64,000 bases of DNA from Candidatus Daviesbacteria bacterium. Its GTDB lineage: Bacteria > Patescibacteriota > Microgenomatia > Daviesbacterales > UBA10151. Each line of letters starts with the position of its first letter. Positions within the stretch are counted from its first letter, which is position 1. A model generated the notes under the pieces. It saw only the letters and a program-made list of their open reading frames with translations, did not search any database and was not told where the DNA came from. Below are positions 17,098-27,170 of this stretch, in pieces. The position numbers and the translations under genes are program-made. Location of the stretch: contig JACPKL010000010.1 in the NCBI GenBank assembly GCA_016187035.1, positions 26,014 to 90,013 of the forward strand, in the 5' to 3' direction.

Positions 17098-18351
17098 ATG
17101 TTTATTAAAAGACTTAAACTATTAAATGAAAGGATATTTTGGATTCTAATTTTAATAATTTTGATTAGAGTTCTTTTAGTTTTATTACCTAGTTTCAGAA
17201 TCGATATGACAGATTGGCAAGCATGGACCCAACGACTTGTTCAATTAACTCCTCTTCGGTTTTATTCACCAGATTATTTCTCAGATTACTTCCCTGGTTA
17301 TTTGTATATACTCTGGTTTTTAGGTCTATTTTTTAAAGTATTGTTTCCGCATCTTTCTTTATTCAGCTTTGGATTTGAAATTTATTTGAAATTGCTTACT
17401 AATATCTTTGATTTGGCAACTGCTTATTATATTTATAAAATTATTTCTAGATATAAAAAAGGTCTTGGAATCTCTTCTGCTATTTTTTATTTGATCAATC
17501 CTGCATTAACTTTTAATTCTTCTGTCTGGGGACAAGTTGATGGAATTTTAACTTTTTTCTTAGTTTATTCTTCTTACTGTTTATTGGAACTTAAAAAAAT
17601 CTACCGATTTAGTATCTCTTTCGCTCTGTCTAGTCTGGTCAAACCCCAAGGGACAGCAATATTTCCTATAATGCTGACATATCTAATTACTAATTATAGG
17701 TTTTCAAAATACCTTAGTTTATTAATCATACCCTTATGCTTAATGCTTTTATCTTTACCTTTCTTTTTGAAAGATCCAATATTTGGTCTTTTTCACCTTT
17801 TTCAAAAAAGCACAAGTACATATCCTTATACTTCGATGTTTTCATATAATTTTTGGTCTTTTGCAGGATGGTGGATTCCTGATTCTCACAGTTTCTTAAA
17901 TATACCTTATCGTACTTGGGGAATAATTATCTACTTGTTTTTCTTAATTCTAATTTTATTCCCACTTACTTTCAAAAAGGGTTATAAAAAAAATTCTTTA
18001 GTTTATTTTGCCATATCATTAGCAATTTTTGCTTTCTTCCTCTTTCTAACCAGAATACATCAACGCTATTTATATCCCTTCTTTGCCTTTTTGCTAATTA
18101 CGGCTTTTATTCATAATTCTTTGAGACTTAAGGCCATTTACATCATCTTATCGTTAATCCACTTTATTAACCTATGGTATGTTTACTATTACTATAATTT
18201 TGTATACCCCAATCAACAATTTGCTTCTTTATTTATTTATCAGTTACTAAATCAGTCTTATAACCTTTTTACTTTGTTAAATTTGATTGGTTTTGGAGTA
18301 TTATTGTTAGTATATTATAGATCGAGCTACTCTATAAAAAATTCTAAATAA
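17098..18351 (+). CDS. GT-C membrane glycosyltransferase (DUF2029/GT87 PimE-like)
   Basis: 417 aa. The first loop, RIDMTDWQAWTQRL...FYSPDYFSDYFPGYLY, resembles the D-x3-W...YPP-x-Y loop of polyprenol-phosphate-sugar-dependent GT-C enzymes. Confidence 0.6.
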   Translation: MFIKRLKLLNERIFWILILIILIRVLLVLLPSFRIDMTDWQAWTQRLVQLTPLRFYSPDYFSDYFPGYLYILWFLGLFFKVLFPHLSLFSFGFEIYLKLLTNIFDLATAYYIYKIISRYKKGLGISSAIFYLINPALTFNSSVWGQVDGILTFFLVYSSYCLLELKKIYRFSISFALSSLVKPQGTAIFPIMLTYLITNYRFSKYLSLLIIPLCLMLLSLPFFLKDPIFGLFHLFQKSTSTYPYTSMFSYNFWSFAGWWIPDSHSFLNIPYRTWGIIIYLFFLILILFPLTFKKGYKKNSLVYFAISLAIFAFFLFLTRIHQRYLYPFFAFLLITAFIHNSLRLKAIYIILSLIHFINLWYVYYYYNFVYPNQQFASLFIYQLLNQSYNLFTLLNLIGFGVLLLVYYRSSYSIKNSK

Positions 18352-18354
18352 TTT

Positions 18355-19569
18355 ATGATTAAATCATATCTAAAACCAAAGAATATATTAATCGTAATTT
18401 TACTTTTAACAGCCTTCTTACGATTGTATCGTCTAGATTATCCAAAAAATTACGTCTTTGATGAAGTTTATCATGCTTATACAGCCAAAGAATATTTAAA
18501 AGGTAATAAGGAGGCTTGGAGTCCTTGGGGTAAATCTCCTCCCGGGGTAGCTTTTGAATGGCTGCATCCACCTATAGCTAAGGAATTAATGACATCTTCA
18601 ATGTTTTTATTTAACAGCACAGATGGTTGGGCTTGGAGGTTACCTGGTGTACTTCTCGGGATTTTTGCTGTATTCCTAGTTTATCAACTTGCTCTACTTC
18701 TTTTAAAGAATCAGAATTCTGCTTTAATCTCTGCCTTTATTTTTTCTATAGATGGATTAGTGTTTGTTCAATCCAGAACCGGAATGAATGACGCTTATTT
18801 AGTAGCTTTTATTTTAATCAGTACCATCTTTTTTGTTAAGGAAAGGTTTATACTGTCTGCTCTTTTCATGGGAGTTGCTATAGCCACAAAATGGTCTGGA
18901 ATTTATTTATCATTAATGTATTTTCCAATCCTTTTATACCAGCGCCAATTTAGTAAATTAATATATTTCATTTTAATACCTCCTATCATATATCTAATCA
19001 GTTATACGCCTTACTTTTTAATCGGCTATAAGGTAAGTGATTTTATTGAATTACATCGACAAATATGGTGGTATCAGACACATCTTAAAGCGACTCATGC
19101 ATACTCCTCTCCTTGGTGGTCTTGGCCGCTAAATCTTTATCCTATTTGGTATTTTGTAGATTATCAAAAAAATACTATCGCAAATATTTTTGCTTCGGGC
19201 AATCCAGCTGTTTTTGGAATTGGAAGCATATCTGTAATTCTCACCGCTATTCAAACATTTCAAAAAAAACTATTCAATCTAGTATTAATAGTCCTTGGAT
19301 TTTTAGTTTTTTGGCTGCCTTGGGCGTTTTCTCCAAGAATAATGTTCCTCTATCACCTTAGTCCATCTGTTCCATTCTTAGCGCTATCTTTAGGTCATCA
19401 ACTTGGCTCAAGATTATCAGATAAAAAAGGCCGCCAATTAGTAGTAATCCTATTAATTCTGATGTTAATAAATTTTGTTTTGTTTTTCCCTTTTCTAACT
19501 GGCATACACATTCCTAGAAATTTTATAAATCTTTTTTTTGCTACCAACTTTTCTAAAAATCCTTTTTAA
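18355..19569 (+). CDS. GT39-like protein O-mannosyltransferase (PMT family)
   Basis: 404 aa. YVFDEVYHAYTAKEYL (the DE-motif loop) and WLHPPIAK match bacterial Pmt/PMT_2 signatures. Confidence 0.7.
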   Translation: MIKSYLKPKNILIVILLLTAFLRLYRLDYPKNYVFDEVYHAYTAKEYLKGNKEAWSPWGKSPPGVAFEWLHPPIAKELMTSSMFLFNSTDGWAWRLPGVLLGIFAVFLVYQLALLLLKNQNSALISAFIFSIDGLVFVQSRTGMNDAYLVAFILISTIFFVKERFILSALFMGVAIATKWSGIYLSLMYFPILLYQRQFSKLIYFILIPPIIYLISYTPYFLIGYKVSDFIELHRQIWWYQTHLKATHAYSSPWWSWPLNLYPIWYFVDYQKNTIANIFASGNPAVFGIGSISVILTAIQTFQKKLFNLVLIVLGFLVFWLPWAFSPRIMFLYHLSPSVPFLALSLGHQLGSRLSDKKGRQLVVILLILMLINFVLFFPFLTGIHIPRNFINLFFATNFSKNPF

Positions 19570-19629
19570 GAATCGGGTGAAAGGTTATTTGGATCTTTTA
19601 GACCGAAGGTCACAAGAACCTGTAGGCCC

Positions 19630-19902
19630 TTATTTAATCTGCCTTTTTAAAGTTTTCCCCGCAGTAAAGCCAGGTGTCTTCTTATTAGGGATTTGGATAG
19701 TCTCTCCTGTTTGTGGATTTCTCCCACGCCTGGCTGCCCTTGATCTAATTAAAAAGGTTCCAAAACCTGTAATAACAATTTTTTCTCCTCTGACTAATCC
19801 ATCTTTAATCAAATTAAAGGTTGAATTAACCGCATCAGATGCAGCTCTTTTTGTGAGATTAGCTTTTTTAGCAACCTTTTCAATTAACTCATTTTTTGTC
19901 AT
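19630..19902 (-). CDS. hup: DNA-binding protein HU
   Basis: 90 aa: MTKNELIEKVAKKANLTKRAASDAVNSTF...GFGTF..R.RAARRGRNPQTGETIQIP. Confidence 0.9.
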   Translation of the reverse strand: MTKNELIEKVAKKANLTKRAASDAVNSTFNLIKDGLVRGEKIVITGFGTFLIRSRAARRGRNPQTGETIQIPNKKTPGFTAGKTLKRQIK

Positions 19903-19908
19903 GACATT

Positions 19909-19937
19909 AACTTAGCAAAAGATTAATCTTTTGTAAA
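19909..19937 (-). promoter_or_regulatory. hup promoter with -10 box 6 nt from the ATG (leaderless architecture)
   Basis: The minus strand reads TTTACA-17 nt-TAAGTT-aatgtc-ATG. Confidence 0.45.
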
Positions 19938-19978
19938 GACCCGAAACAATTTAGTAAACTAAGTTATAATTTTATGAG

Positions 19979-21376
19979 ATGGTTTATTTTAAAAAAATTT
20001 TCTTAAACTTAAAGGGACTTTTCATTTTCCCTAAATCTTTTGCAGATAATAAAACCGTACTAAAATATGCAGTATCGCTTTTTTTAATCTGGAGATTGGC
20101 TCTACTTTTTATCGCATTTTTAGGATTAAGTGTCTTCCCAAATCTGGATTTTTATAATAAAAAATTATTCTTCCCTCATATAGGCCTAAATTTTTGGGAC
20201 AGATGGGCTAATTGGGACTCAGGAGCGTTTATGTATATTGCAAAAAACGGATATGTCCCGGGCTGGACAGTCTTTTTCCCATTATACTCAATCTTTATTA
20301 AATTTGTAACACTTTTTGGACTTAATACTTTTTGGGCGGGCTTTCTAATTTCTCAAGTGAGCACCATTATATTTCTATTTTATCTATATAAGATAACCAT
20401 CTTAGATTTTGATACGAAAGTTGCTAAAAGAACACTTTTCGCAATCCTTATTTTCCCCACCAGTTTTTATCTGGGTAGTGTTTATAGCGAATCTTTGTTT
20501 TTAGCAACTTCAATTTCAGCTTGCTATTATGCTAGAAAAGAAAAGTGGTTATTGGCTTCACTATTAGCAGCTTTAGCATCTTCAACTAGACTGGTTGGTC
20601 TCGGAGTAATTCTAGTCATTTTCATTGAGTATTTTACTAAACAACCAAAGATTAATCTTGGTTTCCTCTGGCATAATAGATTCAATAGAGTATCTATCTA
20701 TCTAATTTTAATTATTATTGTTCTAGATATTACTAATAACTCCATTAAAACAAATAACTTACTGATCTCTGGTGTAATAGTTAGTGTAATAGAACTGACT
20801 GCTTGGATTTTGATACTAGTTGGTCTACTTATATTGTCTCAATTTATAAAGTCTATGAAAAGTATAAATATTAATAAAATCTTATCTATTAATTTTGGGT
20901 ATTTATATCTTTCTTTACTTCCTTTTGCTGCTTATCTTCTCTATCAAAAATTTAGATTTGGCTCATATCTAACATTCATTAAAAGTGAGTCCTGGTGGGG
21001 CCGAACACTTAGCGAACCTTGGATAGGACCCTTATATAGTTTCCTGTATCTAATATCAAACTCACCAACTACAACTGAGTTTACTGCTCACATATATGTT
21101 AGGTCTCTAGTTTTTATTATAAGTTTAGTTTGCTTAATAATCTGTTGCTACAAATTACGTCCTTCCTATATTGCCTTTTATTTGATAGCTTTTCTTTTCC
21201 CCTTATTTTCAGGAACCTTGGCCGATTTTCCTAGATATTCTTTAATAATCTTCCCAATGTTTATTATTTTTGGAACAATCAAAAATGAGTTGATCCAAAA
21301 AATGAGTATACTTTTTTCAATACTTCTACTCTCTGTTTTAACTATTCTTTATTTCAACTCTTACTTTTTTATCTAG
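19979..21376 (+). CDS. GT-C-type membrane glycosyltransferase (PIG-V-like), paralog of 14685..15845
   Basis: 465 aa, multi-TM, with the motif WDRWANWDSGAFMYIAKNGY. TATAAT at 19965-19970 lies 8 nt upstream of the ATG. Confidence 0.6.
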   Translation: MVYFKKIFLNLKGLFIFPKSFADNKTVLKYAVSLFLIWRLALLFIAFLGLSVFPNLDFYNKKLFFPHIGLNFWDRWANWDSGAFMYIAKNGYVPGWTVFFPLYSIFIKFVTLFGLNTFWAGFLISQVSTIIFLFYLYKITILDFDTKVAKRTLFAILIFPTSFYLGSVYSESLFLATSISACYYARKEKWLLASLLAALASSTRLVGLGVILVIFIEYFTKQPKINLGFLWHNRFNRVSIYLILIIIVLDITNNSIKTNNLLISGVIVSVIELTAWILILVGLLILSQFIKSMKSININKILSINFGYLYLSLLPFAAYLLYQKFRFGSYLTFIKSESWWGRTLSEPWIGPLYSFLYLISNSPTTTEFTAHIYVRSLVFIISLVCLIICCYKLRPSYIAFYLIAFLFPLFSGTLADFPRYSLIIFPMFIIFGTIKNELIQKMSILFSILLLSVLTILYFNSYFFI

Positions 21377-21440
21377 TTTCTATATGAAACACTCAATAAC
21401 TAAACTAATTAGTCAATGTACGAGTTGGAAACATGCTAAA

Positions 21441-23069
21441 TTAGTATTCCACCTTTTTACCATTTAAAGAGTAAAGTTTAACTCTTGTTAAATCATTGTT
21501 ATATACTAGGATCCAATCCTTAAATTTTTCCGGTAAAGATATACCCTTGGTCAGGATATAATCAAATTTATCGCCTTTTTTAATCCAACTTTCATGGATA
21601 TAAGGAAAGTTAACATAGTATAAATTACTAATCCCGTAGATTAAGACTTTGTTATCAGGTTTTATAGTCCTTGTAAAGAAATTGTCTACATCATAAAAAT
21701 TACCTACATTGTACTCTAAATTATTAGACATAAATGTATCCACATTTTCCTTACCCAAAAAAACAGGAACAAACCGTTTATTGGCAGTGCCGCGGTAGAC
21801 GATAGAACTAAGCGAAACAATCAATACTACTGCCAGAAGAAATTTATATAACAGCTTGCTTTTCAAAAGATTGAGAAGAAGAACAAAAAGCAATGAGAAG
21901 GCCGGCAAATAAGGCATAACGAACCTTCCGCTACTTGCAAGAGGGGTAAAGTAGAGAAGAATGGATCCGAGGGCAAGATATATGAGTAATAAATTAATCA
22001 GTAATCGGGTCTGTTTATTGATTGTTTGAAATAGAATATTGCCAAAATAAAATATTATAAGTGGTAGGGAAATAAAATAAATGGGTGAGAGAGGATCAGG
22101 AGAAAGAAGAAAAATAGACCATGTAGTACTTATAATATCTGTAGGATTAAAAGATGTCGCTTCACCTAAATTTTGATTAATTGGTGAAAAAATAGGATAA
22201 AAAGGATTCCCTGTGTTAAGGTAGGAAAAAATCAACCAGGGAGAAACAATAATGAAAACTATTGTACAAAAAAATAAAGATTGTTTAAGAACAGTAACTA
22301 ATTTAACTTTTTTCAAAAGAGATATATATAGAAGTAAAGTAAGGTAAATAGCAACAGACCATAGGCTTAAAAGTTTGCAAGATGCTGCAAAACCCAGCAT
22401 TGTTGCTGATATTGTCAGCCATTTAGAAAGCCTGTATCTGATAAAGTTAAGAAAACTCCACAAAGCCAAAGTTTCAAAAAAGGTTCTTGCTAAATCAATA
22501 TAGGCTGTTATAGACATCCACCCCACAACCAAATTTGAATAGAAAATAAGGCTGACCAAAAGAGAATCTTTAGATGACAGAAAGCTACGAGATATTTTAT
22601 ATAAAGCAACAAGAGTTGCTATTCCAAATAAAAGATGAATTATTTTAGCAGTGATCTCACTTCCTAAAGCAAGAGCTGCAATATAAAACATCTCAGTAAA
22701 CTTAGGCATGGCTGAATAATAAAGATGTCCGCCTATATAAAAGATAGAGTTTTGTTGCAAATAAATTTTGGGGATTGTTAAATGGTACCAGAGAGCATCA
22801 AAAGCAAGTTCTGGCCCTAAGGCACCAATCAGATTAATCAAGGTTTGAATAATAATTAAAGAGATCAAGAGAATAGAAGATGGCTGATTTTTTCTTATAT
22901 AGATTTTAAAATGCAATAGATCTTTTAATCTTTTCCGAAAGTTTAGAGTTAAAATTAAAAGAAAACTTATCGTACTGATAGAAATAATGTCTTTTTTCAG
23001 AAGATGCAAAAGTCCCAATAAGAATATAAGGTAAGAATAAAGCGCGCTTAAAAGGGCCAATTTAAACAT
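21441..23069 (-). CDS. GT-C membrane glycosyltransferase (ArnT/PMT_2-like) with C-terminal soluble domain
   Basis: 542 aa with ~12 TM segments followed by a ~130-aa C-terminal domain. The loop is ELAFDALWYHLTIPKIY. Confidence 0.6.
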   Translation of the reverse strand: MFKLALLSALYSYLIFLLGLLHLLKKDIISISTISFLLILTLNFRKRLKDLLHFKIYIRKNQPSSILLISLIIIQTLINLIGALGPELAFDALWYHLTIPKIYLQQNSIFYIGGHLYYSAMPKFTEMFYIAALALGSEITAKIIHLLFGIATLVALYKISRSFLSSKDSLLVSLIFYSNLVVGWMSITAYIDLARTFFETLALWSFLNFIRYRLSKWLTISATMLGFAASCKLLSLWSVAIYLTLLLYISLLKKVKLVTVLKQSLFFCTIVFIIVSPWLIFSYLNTGNPFYPIFSPINQNLGEATSFNPTDIISTTWSIFLLSPDPLSPIYFISLPLIIFYFGNILFQTINKQTRLLINLLLIYLALGSILLYFTPLASSGRFVMPYLPAFSLLFVLLLNLLKSKLLYKFLLAVVLIVSLSSIVYRGTANKRFVPVFLGKENVDTFMSNNLEYNVGNFYDVDNFFTRTIKPDNKVLIYGISNLYYVNFPYIHESWIKKGDKFDYILTKGISLPEKFKDWILVYNNDLTRVKLYSLNGKKVEY

Positions 23070-23175
23070 ATACTTTTTCTACATATTAGAAAATAGAAAT
23101 AATAGAGCAAAATGAAAATAACAAACAGAATATAGCAAGTTTGTATTAAAACATCACCCTGCTTTTTGGATAAAT

Positions 23176-24522
23176 TCATTGGGGTAAAGTAGTGATAGTC
23201 TCAGATACCCTAGTCTCTCTGAGAGCTGTAATCCTAACAGAACCCGGCACCATAACATCTCTGGAAATCTGCTCTGCTATATCGTGCGTTAATTTAGGTA
23301 ATCCTTCGTCTGATATTTTATCAGGCATAACAATCACCCTAACTTCTCTACCGGCTTGAACAGCAAAACATTTTTCAACTCCCTCAAAAGATAAAGCAAT
23401 TCTCTCTATGTCAGACAATCTCTTAATATAATCTTCCACATTTTCATGTCTGGCACCAGGCCTTGCTCCAGAAATTGCATCGGCTATATAAACCAAGATT
23501 GATTCAACCGAAGAAAAATCTTTGTCCTCATGATGCTCTGCAATACAATTGATAACTTTTTCCGGCAGGCTAAATTTTTTAGCTAAAGCAACCCCTTTAT
23601 CAACGTGTGAACCTTCATCATCAGCAATAATTTTTCCAATATCATGTAGCAGGCAGCCTAATCTTACTACATTAACATCTGCCTTTAACATATGAGCCAA
23701 AGCTACGCCAATTTGTGTTTCTTCTTGGGTATGTTGAATCAAATTTTGTCCATACGAATATCTATATTTAAATCTTCCAATTAAGTCTACCAATTCAACT
23801 GGTAAATTATATACTCCGATATCATGACATAGTTTTTCTCCAGCCTGCCTCATTATTTTGTTTATGTCTTCTTCTGTTTTAATAACAATCTCTTCAATTC
23901 TTTGAGGTTGAATCCTACCATCTGTAATTAATCTTTCTAAAGCTACCTTGGCAACCTCTCTTCTAACTGGATCAAAAGAAGAAAGAATTAAAGTATCAGG
24001 AATCTCATCATCCATCACTACATCCACGCCTGTTACTTGCTCAAAGGTTCTAACATTTCTCCCTTCTTTGCCAATAATCTTTCCTTTTATATCTTCATCA
24101 GGTAATTTTACTTTTGAGGTGGTAAACTCAGAGATATAATCTGTAACTCCATGCAACATAGAATCTGCAAGAATTTCTTTAGCTAACTTTTCTGATTGAA
24201 GTTTAATTTCGTTCTCAGCTTCTTTAATTTTTTTAGAAATTTCTGCAGTTAAATCTTTCTCAACCTGCTCTAAAAGCAGCTTTTTCGCTTCTTCTGCATT
24301 CAATTTAGAAACCATTTCCAGTTTATCTATTAAATCTATTCTTTTCTTTTCTAAATTTGCTAACTTTTCATCGAAAATTGCCTGTTTTTCCAGCAGTTGT
24401 CTTTCTCTTTCTTCCAGAATACCTTCTCTTTTGGCTAATTCTGCTTCACTGTTAGACAAACTAATATTAGGTGTTGGATTAGATTGTGGACTGAAATTTT
24501 TAGGACCAAATGTACGTTGCAT
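23176..24522 (-). CDS. rny: ribonuclease Y
   Basis: 448 aa with an N-terminal coiled coil, a KH domain (GKIIGKEGRNVRTFE) and an HD domain (LLHDIGK). No obvious N-terminal TM anchor. Confidence 0.85.
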   Translation of the reverse strand: MQRTFGPKNFSPQSNPTPNISLSNSEAELAKREGILEERERQLLEKQAIFDEKLANLEKKRIDLIDKLEMVSKLNAEEAKKLLLEQVEKDLTAEISKKIKEAENEIKLQSEKLAKEILADSMLHGVTDYISEFTTSKVKLPDEDIKGKIIGKEGRNVRTFEQVTGVDVVMDDEIPDTLILSSFDPVRREVAKVALERLITDGRIQPQRIEEIVIKTEEDINKIMRQAGEKLCHDIGVYNLPVELVDLIGRFKYRYSYGQNLIQHTQEETQIGVALAHMLKADVNVVRLGCLLHDIGKIIADDEGSHVDKGVALAKKFSLPEKVINCIAEHHEDKDFSSVESILVYIADAISGARPGARHENVEDYIKRLSDIERIALSFEGVEKCFAVQAGREVRVIVMPDKISDEGLPKLTHDIAEQISRDVMVPGSVRITALRETRVSETITTLPQ

Positions 24523-24531
24523 TTTGCAATT

Positions 24532-25188
24532 TTATCTTTTTTTTAGAAGATTTTCAACAACACCTTTTGTAATCTCATAATCAAACCCTCGTCTTAATAA
24601 AAATTCATAAGCCTTCTTTTTGCTTTCTTGATAAGCTAAGTTTTGCCATCTTGATAACCTCTTATTAACTAGTTGTTCTGCCACTTCTGCTTGCTTGATA
24701 ACTGAAGATTGAGAATTAATGACTTCTTCAATTATTTCTCTATCAATTCCTTTCTTGTATAGTTCTGATTTAATAACTTGAACTCCCTTTTTCTTACTTC
24801 TTGCTTCTATCCAAACCTTAGCAAACTCCTTATCATTTAATAGTCTTTTTTGTTTTAGTTTTTCTATTACTAAATTAACAACTGCCTCAGAAATTTCTTC
24901 CTGCTTTTTGATTTTCCTTTTAAAGGATAAGTTTTTAAGATAATCTTTTATTTCTTTTTCGCTTCTGGCCCTTTTATTAAAAAAAACATAAACTCTCTCC
25001 ATTAACTTACCTATCTCTGCTTCAAAAAGTAATTTTTCTATTAAAGACTGATCAATTATTTTTCCGCTGATCAGACGGTATTCAACCACTAAATCTTCAT
25101 CGGCTCCAAAAGCAAACTGACCATCTAAAAAAATATTAAATCTATGGGGATTCTTCTTTTGGGCTTCAACTGAAGTGATTTTTGGCAT
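24532..25188 (-). CDS. recX: RecX family regulator
   Basis: 218 aa, helical-repeat, immediately downstream of recA with a 1-nt overlap. Confidence 0.7.
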   Translation of the reverse strand: MPKITSVEAQKKNPHRFNIFLDGQFAFGADEDLVVEYRLISGKIIDQSLIEKLLFEAEIGKLMERVYVFFNKRARSEKEIKDYLKNLSFKRKIKKQEEISEAVVNLVIEKLKQKRLLNDKEFAKVWIEARSKKKGVQVIKSELYKKGIDREIIEEVINSQSSVIKQAEVAEQLVNKRLSRWQNLAYQESKKKAYEFLLRRGFDYEITKGVVENLLKKR

Positions 25189-26282
25189 TAAGCTGTCTCT
25201 TGAGTAGATGCATCTTCATCTTCTTCGCCTACAACTAGCCGTTCTTTACCCTCTTTTTGTTTAGCCCAAATTTCTCTTATTTCTTTTTCTAATTTCTCTG
25301 CCTCTTTTTTACTCTGCGCAGCAGAGGAGCTTTGCTCATTTTCTCCTTTAAGATATGCAATTGCAGCAGGCCTACCTTGACCTATTATTTTCTCATCCCA
25401 TTTAATAAAAGCCCCACTCTTTGTTAAAATCCCGAGCTCTATTCCTACATCCAATAACTCTCCTTCATGAGAAATACCGTTTTCATCCATATCAAATTCA
25501 GCAATCCTAAACGGGGGAGCCACTTTATTTTTCACTACTTTAACTCTGTGTCTTGAACCAACAACTGTATCACCTGATTTGATATTTTCTATTTTTCTGA
25601 TATCTAATCTGACTGAGGAATAGAATTTCAGAGCTAAACCGCCGGGAGTAGTCTCTGGATTGCCAAACATTACCCCGATTTTTTGTCTGAGTTGATTGGT
25701 AAAAATAGCAATAGTATTAGTATTTGCAATTGCCCCGGTCAGTTTTCTTAAAGCCTGTGACATTAATCTTGCCTGCACACCAATGGAGGATTCACCCATT
25801 TCACCTTCTAACTCAGAACGGGGAACTAAAGCTGCTACCGAATCAATCACAATTACATCAATTCCTCCAGAACGGATCAAAGCTTCAGCAATTTCTAAAC
25901 CCTGCTCACCAGTATCTGGTTGGGAAATTAACAAATCATCTAATTTAACTCCAATCCTTTGAGCCCTTTGTGGATCTAAAGCATGCTCAGCATCAATAAA
26001 TGCAGCTGCTCCTCCTAGTTTTTGGGCCTCAGCAATTAAATGAAGAGCGATGGAAGTTTTCCCGCTAGCCTCGGGACCAAAGATTTCAATAATTCTTCCT
26101 TTTGGTAAACCACCAACTCCCAAGGCTAAATCTACTGCTAAAGACCCTGTGGAGATAACTTGGGTAGATAGCTTTTCTGCTCTTTCACCAAGCTTCATGA
26201 TGGAACCAGTACCATACTGTTTTTGGATTTGGGCCATAGCGGCAGCAATTGCAGCTTTCTTAGCCTCATTATTTGAAGACAT
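25188..26282 (-). CDS. recA: recombinase RecA (with acidic C-terminal extension)
   Basis: [16 protein letters not shown] and L2/L1 loop regions are present. The start is moved to Met10 (ATG 26282) because a strong promoter lies directly upstream. Confidence 0.9.
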   Translation of the reverse strand: MSSNNEAKKAAIAAAMAQIQKQYGTGSIMKLGERAEKLSTQVISTGSLAVDLALGVGGLPKGRIIEIFGPEASGKTSIALHLIAEAQKLGGAAAFIDAEHALDPQRAQRIGVKLDDLLISQPDTGEQGLEIAEALIRSGGIDVIVIDSVAALVPRSELEGEMGESSIGVQARLMSQALRKLTGAIANTNTIAIFTNQLRQKIGVMFGNPETTPGGLALKFYSSVRLDIRKIENIKSGDTVVGSRHRVKVVKNKVAPPFRIAEFDMDENGISHEGELLDVGIELGILTKSGAFIKWDEKIIGQGRPAAIAYLKGENEQSSSAAQSKKEAEKLEKEIREIWAKQKEGKERLVVGEEDEDASTQETA

Positions 26283-26288
26283 AAATTT

Positions 26289-26316
26289 AATATACCAAAT
26301 ATTTCCCAAATGTCAA
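26289..26316 (-). promoter_or_regulatory. recA promoter, -10 box 6 nt from the ATG (leaderless architecture)
   Basis: The minus strand reads TTGACA-16 nt-(TGg)TATATT-aaattt-ATG. Confidence 0.6.
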
Positions 26317-26347
26317 TATCTTAAGTTCAGTAATTATCCTATAGTTG

Positions 26348-26418
26348 TCGGGGAAGAGAGAATCGAACTCTCGATATCGCACCCCCAGCGCGATGTGTTA
26401 CCACTATACCATTCCCCG
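26348..26418 (-). tRNA. tRNA-Pro (anticodon GGG), no encoded CCA
   Basis: The reverse complement is CGGGGAAUGGUAUAGUGGUAACACAUCGCGCUGGGGGUGCGAUAUCGAGAGUUCGAUUCUCUCUUCCCCGA. It has a 7-bp acceptor stem, a T-arm GAGAG/UUCGAUU/CUCUC and the anticodon loop CU-GGG-GG. Confidence 0.9.
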
Positions 26419-26465
26419 TAAGTAGGTTGTATTTTATCATTATGCATTAGTATAATTCCATTGTT

Positions 26466-27170
26466 ATGAAACTTAAAATTGATAATAAAATCTTTGAACG
26501 ATTCCCTGACTTAATATTAGGTGTAGCCAGTATTAATAATATTAATAACAACGGTGATAACCCAGAAATATCAAATTTACTTAGAGAATCTGAAGAGCAA
26601 ATCATGAAAAATTTAGCTAATACTCTAATTATTGAACATCCGCAAATTATTCCCTGGAGAGAAGCTTATAGAAAATTTGGTGCTAAACCAAAAGATTATC
26701 CTTCTTCAATTGAAAATCTATTAAGAAGAACTGTTAAAGGTCAGCAAGTCCGGCACATTAATAAATTAGTAGATATTTATAATATTATTTCTTTAAAATA
26801 TTTACTTCCAGTCGGTGGAGAAGATATTTCAAAAATAAAAGGAGATATCTTTCTTACCTATGCCTCAAGTTCAGAAACCCCAGTCACTCTTTTAGGTGAA
26901 AGCGAACCAAGACCTCCGCACCCAGGAGAAGTAATATATAAAGATGATATCGGTATACTTTGCAGAAGATGGAATTGGAAAGAAGCAGACAGGACTAAGC
27001 TGACAGAAGAAACAAAAAATGCTGTAATTGTTATCGAAGGTCTGCCTCCTGTTGATAAAACAAAAATACAAGAGGCTTTACGCAAGTTAGATGGATTAAT
27101 TAAAAAGTATTGTGGTGGAGAAATTAATTCTTCAGTTTTAGATAAAACAAATCCTCAATTTGAACTATGA
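26466..27170 (+). CDS. stand-alone B3/B4 tRNA-binding domain protein (PheT B3_4-like, COG3382-type)
   Basis: 234 aa. PWREAYRKFGAKPKDYPSSIENLLRR...LVDIYNIISLKYLLPVGGED fits solo B3/4 domain proteins. Confidence 0.65.
   Translation: MKLKIDNKIFERFPDLILGVASINNINNNGDNPEISNLLRESEEQIMKNLANTLIIEHPQIIPWREAYRKFGAKPKDYPSSIENLLRRTVKGQQVRHINKLVDIYNIISLKYLLPVGGEDISKIKGDIFLTYASSSETPVTLLGESEPRPPHPGEVIYKDDIGILCRRWNWKEADRTKLTEETKNAVIVIEGLPPVDKTKIQEALRKLDGLIKKYCGGEINSSVLDKTNPQFEL

Noticed and set aside
19538-19915. A 125-aa plus-strand ORF.
   Set aside because: It lies antisense to the clearly homologous HU gene.
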